DNA from: Sarea resinae
Taxonomy: Eukaryota
Reading direction: 5' to 3'
Assembly: GCA_026026165.1 (NCBI GenBank)
Contig: JAPEUD010000019.1
Location: forward strand, 310,001-363,456
Length of the DNA: 53,456 nt
How positions within the stretch are numbered: the first letter of the stretch is position 1; each line of letters opens with the position of its first letter. The notes under the pieces were generated by a model. It had not been told where the DNA came from. It searched no databases and was given only the letters and a program-made list of their open reading frames with translations. The translations under genes were made by a program, and so were the position numbers. Below, piece by piece: positions 48,129 to 53,456 of this stretch.

Positions 48129-51100
48129 ATAGTAGCCGCGGCAGCTGCTGCTACCACGACTATTGCAGTAAACTAGCTAGTCTATAAACCAGATTATTAG
48201 GTGCTACTATGCTAGCAACATAGTTATGCGATTCAGAACCTTGACTAGCATCTTAAGCATTATTATAGTATGTTAGCGAAGCAGCAGCGGCTGATTGTAG
48301 CTAGCCTGCGCGATCATGTCCTTGCTTGACTGTAAGACGTCTGATTACTGCCGGTTAATAGCCAGCTGTTTCTAGCATTAGGAACGCTACTAGACGCCTT
48401 TTAATGCGATGATTTTAACTAATGTCGCTATATCAGCGTTAGTCGACTAGCGATGCAGAAGCATTGCAATAAGCAGCACTACTAGCAGGCTAGCCGGCTG
48501 AAAAAAGCGATATATTAGCACTTAGTAAGGGTGCAGACCTTCTTTAACAGCTGTAGACTGCAGCGATATTTCCCTATACAGCTGCTGCCAGCAGATTAAG
48601 GAGAGCATGCTTTCTCTTCCTCTTCCTCTTTCTCTTTCTCTTCTTCTTCTTCTTCTTTCAACTCTAAGCTAGGCCGCTCAACCAGGTTGCCTACGCGGTC
48701 AAGTCACAAAGACGCCGACATAGTAAGCTAGATCCAGCGTGAATTCAATGCTCAGCAGGCCACGCACAAGCAGAGTCAGGCCCTGATTAAGAGCGAGGTG
48801 CAGAAGACTAATCAGACTAGCTAGTTCAGTCGCACAGGCTGGCTGGCCCACCTAGGCTGTCGGAATATAGCGCACCTCCTCTACGCTAGCGAGCTCCTAA
48901 ACTAGCGACTTAGGCGGCGGCGGCAGCGGCAGCGCCTAGGGCAAGATTTCGACTGCATCCTAGGCTAGGCGGCTAAGGTCACCTAACTAATAATCGAGCG
49001 TTGCGTGGCTAGGCTAGCTACTCTACTGCTTGAGCTCTGCTGCTAGCTGCGCAGCGAGAAGCGCACTGAGGTGCACTAGCAGCCACAAGCTCAGCTGCAT
49101 AGCGAGAAAGGCTAGGAGCGCTATGCTAACTATTAGGTGCGTCTGATCTGCTATTGCCTGCGCGTCTTCGCCTACTGCACCTTTGCCGCGGCTGCTGACA
49201 ACAACGATGCACTTGACGCGCAGCTAAAAGATGCCGACGAATTGCTGCATCTGACAGCAGAGCAGAACAAGCGCTTGCAGGCTATCTAGGAGTCGCTCGA
49301 GCTAGATAGCGACGAGTCCTTGCAGGTCGACCGCGTGCTAGCCTTCTTGCAGGCGCTGATCTTTCACCTACTGCTAGTAGACTGCTTTGACAGCGCGCTA
49401 ATCCACTTCCTCGCTGTGCTTAGCATCGACCCTAAAACTAATTGGCTGCACACAGCGACAGGCTACTCCCTCTAGCTAGCAGAGGTAGTCTACTGCATGC
49501 AGGTGATTAGGGCTAAGGCGCTGCTGCTAGCGGCAGCGCAGGAGCGGCAGGGCCTAGCTAAGCAGAAGCGCTTCCTAGCCTAGCGCAAGAGATTCCTCGC
49601 TAACAGCTCGCTAAGCCTGATAAGCACAATGATCAGCCTGCTGGCATACAGCAAGTACATCGGCTTGCAGCAGCCAAGCACAGCGACAACAAGCTGGCCT
49701 AATAATAGCGTTTAGTGGCTGCGCTTCCGCGGCAAGCTGATTGTGATCGCCTACTTCTAGCAGATAGCGCACTAGGCGATCGAGGCCGCCAAGGCCATCC
49801 TCTAGCCTAAGCTGATGTGGTGCCGCGAACTAGGCGACTGCTTCACTGTCAACCTAGCTGGCATCAAGGACGACATAGCCTTCACGCAGCAGAATTAGTC
49901 CTTCCTTAGCAACCTAGCGAACAGGCTCGATTAGGGGCTCTCCTTAATAGTGGCGCGGGTCGCGCGCACCGCCTGATACTTCTAGACAGTCTAGAAGAAA
50001 GAAAGAGAGAGCAGCAAAAAACCGCTCTAACAGCGCGACAGCACTGGCTAGGAACCAGGCCTAGTCAGGGACTACTGTCAGCGCGTGCAGGCCTTTCTCA
50101 AGCTGCTACTCTTTAGCTGCTATGTGACTAGGGGCTAGCCTAGCCGCGGCACTAAGGAGTTGTCAGTGCGCTATTGTAACAGCCTGCTGTAGGATCGCAA
50201 CGTCTACATAGTGGATAGATCAGTCGTGCTAGTGACCTGCTACTATAAGAGCTAGGCCTAGTACAATACCCTGAAGGTAGTGCCGCGCTTCCTGCTGTGG
50301 CAAGTCAGCCAGCTTATAGTCGTCTACCTAGCCTACGTGCGGCCGTTCTACAGCCACCTGCAGACCGCGGTCGGCTCTAGAGGCGGGCTTAACAATGAAT
50401 TCATCTAGGGCACAGCTAAAGGGCAGCTGTGGCTGACAGAGCGGCTGACCTAGGTTATTAGCCGCGAGACGTCTACACAGTTGAAATGTCGGCTGACTAC
50501 GCAGGACTACTAACATGTAGCGATCACGATCGGCTGGAAATTTGTAGGCAAGGAATTTGCCGCCAGCAAGGGGCGGGCCCTGCATAGCAGGGACAAGGCT
50601 AAGGATGTAGAGGAGCCGCAGCTTAAGCGCGAGGACAAACTCGAGCTCCAGACTAGGCACAGCACCGCTATAGGGCAAATTCGATATAGCGTCTCTAGGG
50701 ATATTGTGCAGAATCTTAGCGCGCGCTCGCTCGACGTGTTTAGCCGAGTGAGTCAGGCGTGGCATGCATTCTTGCAGCTTGACAGCAGTAGCAGCCCGGC
50801 CGCTGCCAAGCAGCAGAGCGAGTTCGAGCAGCTAGGGCTAAAGGGAAAGCTAAAGCGCAAGCGCGAGGAAGACAAGGAGCAGTAGGAGCAAGCAGACCAA
50901 GGCGAGAGAGAAGAAACTAGAGTCCTAGTAGTGGGCCGCGGCTGCTGCAAGCGGTTTCGGCTGCTAGGGGACGATAACAGCCTTAGGCAAGAGATTGATG
51001 TCGACTCAGAGGAGGTCGTTGCTGGCATGCAGCAGCTGCTAGGCTTAAGTCAAGTGGAGTTTAAATCAGCTGAGCAGCGAGTGGCATTGCAAGCGATCTT

Positions 51101-52770
51101 GCAGCACGAGACCCTGACTGTAGTAGTGCTGCCTACTAGGGGTAGGAAGAGCTTGCTGTTTATGCTACCCGCTTGGCTCAAGCAGCAGCGGCAGGAGAAA
51201 GGGCAGCAAGGGCCGCGGGTGACAGTGGTAGTAGTGCTGTTCTATGCCCTTGTAAACGATCTAGTCAGCTAGTTGCAGCAGGTCGGCATTAACAGTCTTG
51301 AGTAGAAGCACAGCGATAGCAGCTTCGCTGCTGTTGTAGTGGTCAGCGCCGACCTAGCTAGTAGGTCGGGTTTCTTGACGTACGCTACCGCGCTGCAGCG
51401 GCACAGTCTGCTGCAGCGGATCGTTGTAGACAAGTGTCATCTGACGTTCACAGCTAACGATTACTGGCCGCGGCTCAACAATCTCAAGCATCTGCAGACA
51501 ATAATGTGCCTAATGATACTACTGACCGCGACATTGCCGCCCGCTCTTAAGCGAGAGCTAGCTGACAGCATGCTGATGCTAGTGGCGCGCTGCATTCGCG
51601 CCAGCACGATCCAGCCGCGCACCTGCTATCTAGTAGTGCAGTGCAAAGATAGCTAGCTGCTTAAGAGCGCAGCGCATCTCTGTCGACAGCAGCTGCAGCA
51701 GCGACTGCAGCGGCAGGGGAAAGGGGTGGTCTACTGCCGCACCTAGGCGGCGTGCAAGGCCTTAGCTGAGACTCTACAGTGCGGCCACTATCACTCGACG
51801 TCAGAGGACAAGGAGCGCTAGCTCTGGCGGTAGATGTCTGAAGGGGGCTAGATCGTCGCCACTAGCGCGCTTAGCACTAGGGTCGACTACAGCAGGATCT
51901 TGATGACGCTGCACATAGGCGTGCTGTATAGCATGATTGACTTCGCGCAGGAGTCAGGCTAGGCCAGGCGCGCTAGCAAGGACGTGGATGCAGTCGTGCT
52001 TGTAGAAGCCAGCCAGCTCACAGCGGCAGCCGTTGTAGAGCAGCGTACTGTCGACTAGCAGGCGATGTAGGAATTCCTAACCACTTAGGGCTGCCGGCGG
52101 CAGATCATGAGCGGCTACCTCGACAGGAAAGGGGTGCAGTGTGGCGAGGTCGACAAGGGCACAGCGGCGCGGTGCGATCAATGCGGCAAGGGCCTGACTG
52201 AGTGGCAGACCAGCTAGGCCGAAGCAGAGCGGCAGCAGGCTGTTGTTAAGGAGGCACTCGACTCGCTCAAGGGCTGGTGCGCTGTCTGCTAGGTGGCTAA
52301 GGGGCTAAGGGGCTTAAGGAAGGGGTTTGGCAGGCAGAGCAGTAGGAGCATAGCTGGCACCAATGCCTGCAGCAGGGTGCGCTTAGCAAGCAGGCTGTCA
52401 ATAGCTTCCGACAGAAAATCCGGTTCTAAGAGGACTCGCAGGAGAAGACCTACAGCTGCTTTCGATGCAGCATCAGTCAGCGGTATTGCCGCACTAGAGT
52501 TGACAGTCAGGCCAGCTGTCAGTGGCCGAATCGACTAGTGCCGATCGTGCGCACAGCGGCGGCCGCAGCCGACGCGGCAGCCCGCGCGAAAGGGTAGGAG
52601 CTGATCAGCAGGGCCAGATTTCTCAGCGAGCGAGGCGACCTCGAAGGATATAGCAAGTAGCTCAGGCAACGGCACATCTGGCCAGTGTAGGGCGAGTAGG
52701 TCAGCAACGCTATAGTGGTGATAATTAAAGTGATCCTGCACCTTTAGCGAGAGCTTGAGCGAGCTTAGAC
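48129..52770 (+). pseudogene. Telomere-linked helicase (TLH/RecQ-like) pseudogene with DUF3505/C2H2 N-terminus and YR-like middle domain
   Basis: One frame from the RIPed start (ATA 48129) to ~52290, then a frameshift. LVY.PDY.VLLC.QH.YAI..L..HL; C..C...MQKHCNKQH; VRVQTFF; RTGWLAHL; helicase motifs PTRGRKS (I), VVVVLFYAL (Ia), VDKCH (II), LLTATLPP (III), GVVYCRT (IV), IVATSALS (V), FAQESG*ARR (VI), CRRQIMSGYLD. Many TAG/TAA stops. Confidence 0.9.
49979..49997. repeat. 19-bp palindrome copy 2 (CTTCTAGACAGTCTAGAAG)
   Basis: Perfect 9-bp arms with a 1-nt centre, inside the TLH frame. Confidence 0.9.
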
Positions 52771-52800
52771 GTCGCTTAATGTCGCTGTTCGACAATCAAA

Positions 52801-52819
52801 CTTCTAGACAGTCTAGAAG
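52801..52819. repeat. 19-bp palindrome copy 3 (CTTCTAGACAGTCTAGAAG)
   Basis: Perfect copy just downstream of the TLH ORF; a degenerate further copy (CTGGATTGTCTAGAAG) follows at ~52827-52842. Confidence 0.9.
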
Positions 52820-53099
52820 AAAATATTGCTGGATTGTCTAGAAGGAAAAAAACTCTCTGTGCGCCGCGCGCTCGCTCTGCCTATTAGCTATTTAGCCGGC
52901 CAGGCCGGCCTAAACCAAGTAGCATTGCAGCAGTAGGGTTGCCACTAGTTAGACGCGATAAAACATTGCCTCTAGTGCTCCTAGCCTTACCTCTGACCCT
53001 CTATGCTGCGCTGGCGCTACTTGCCTGCACTGCAGGCCGCGTTGCATCTTAGCTATTTAGCCGGCCTAGCTGGCGAAAACCACTAGCGCAAGTCAAAGA

Positions 53100-53456
53100 T
53101 ATAGGTGATTCCTCTATACACCTATATATATAGACGCCACTAAGAAAAGCGGTCTATTAAAATAGATTATTATTCTTTCATAGTGTAAGATTTGTATAGA
53201 GAGCTTAAGGTTTACATTTATCGTGTATTATTACTTTTAATACTAAAAGAAAGGTCTAAATAGAAGTTATTAAGTAAGAGTAAGACTTTTAGTATATTAT
53301 AAGGTCTAAGAATCATATAGTTAGAACTCTTACACTAGATCTAAGTAGTAGAAACACTTCTCTATATACTATAGTAGTTATATTTCTCTATACAATTGTA
53401 TAGTATTATATTATAGAACTAATTATAGTAATAAGAGGTAATTTAGAGTAGTATCT
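53100..53456. repeat. AT-rich, heavily RIP-mutated repeat sequence (identity unresolved)
   Basis: Extreme TpA enrichment, no ORFs; runs off the window end. Confidence 0.7.

Larger units (their letters stand above)
47150..53100 (+). mobile_element. RIP-mutated TLH-type repeat element (tyrosine-recombinase-like + RecQ helicase) with diverged direct repeats
   Basis: GC-rich but CTAG/TAG-saturated block between two AT-rich blocks. Contains one long decayed ORF and homologous flanks at ~47630-47930 and ~52775-53000. Boundaries are based on composition. Confidence 0.6.

Noticed and set aside
49960..50033. Possible intron (CTAACAG) around the middle palindrome
   Set aside because: The reading frame is continuous across it once RIP stops are reverted; no good donor site.
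47658..52819. CRISPR-like interpretation of the repeated palindrome
   Set aside because: Eukaryotic DNA; three copies kilobases apart with no spacer array.
52290..53456. Telomeric repeat array
   Set aside because: Only isolated TAAGGG/TTAGGG-like words (e.g. GGCTAAGG repeats at ~52295-52320); no tandem array.

Overview
Eukaryotic DNA from a filamentous ascomycete (Pezizomycotina-type short GT-AG introns with CTRAC branch points, RIP-mutated repeats). The left ~27 kb is gene-sparse. It holds the 3' end of a Gly/Pro-rich protein gene, an MFS monocarboxylate transporter, a stand-alone CS (p23-like) domain gene, a spliced 37-aa four-Cys microprotein, an orphan single-TM protein, a 1515-aa Ser/Thr mucin-like protein with an unusual ~72-aa beta-rich repeat, and a GPI-type cell wall protein. 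27.4-45.2 kb is a dense accessory block: FAD monooxygenase fused to an acetoacetate-decarboxylase-like domain, Zn-dependent dehydrogenase, alpha/beta hydrolase, CYP52-like P450, a HeLo-like/NB-ARC/TPR NLR, and a divergent CoA-transferase III / AtuA (DUF1446) pair. From ~45.4 kb the sequence is RIP-degraded: a retrotransposon gag relic, then a ~6 kb element with one ~1500-codon RIP-killed frame of telomere-linked-helicase (TLH) type. Back-mutating RIP changes shows DUF3505/Zn fingers, a tyrosine-recombinase-like catalytic set (R...K...RH...GH-x8-Y) and a RecQ helicase in one frame. It is bracketed by diverged direct repeats that carry a 19-bp palindrome, also present once inside the ORF. This candidate recombinase-helicase mobile element is the most interesting signal. 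All calls come from reading motifs by eye; no database searches were run.
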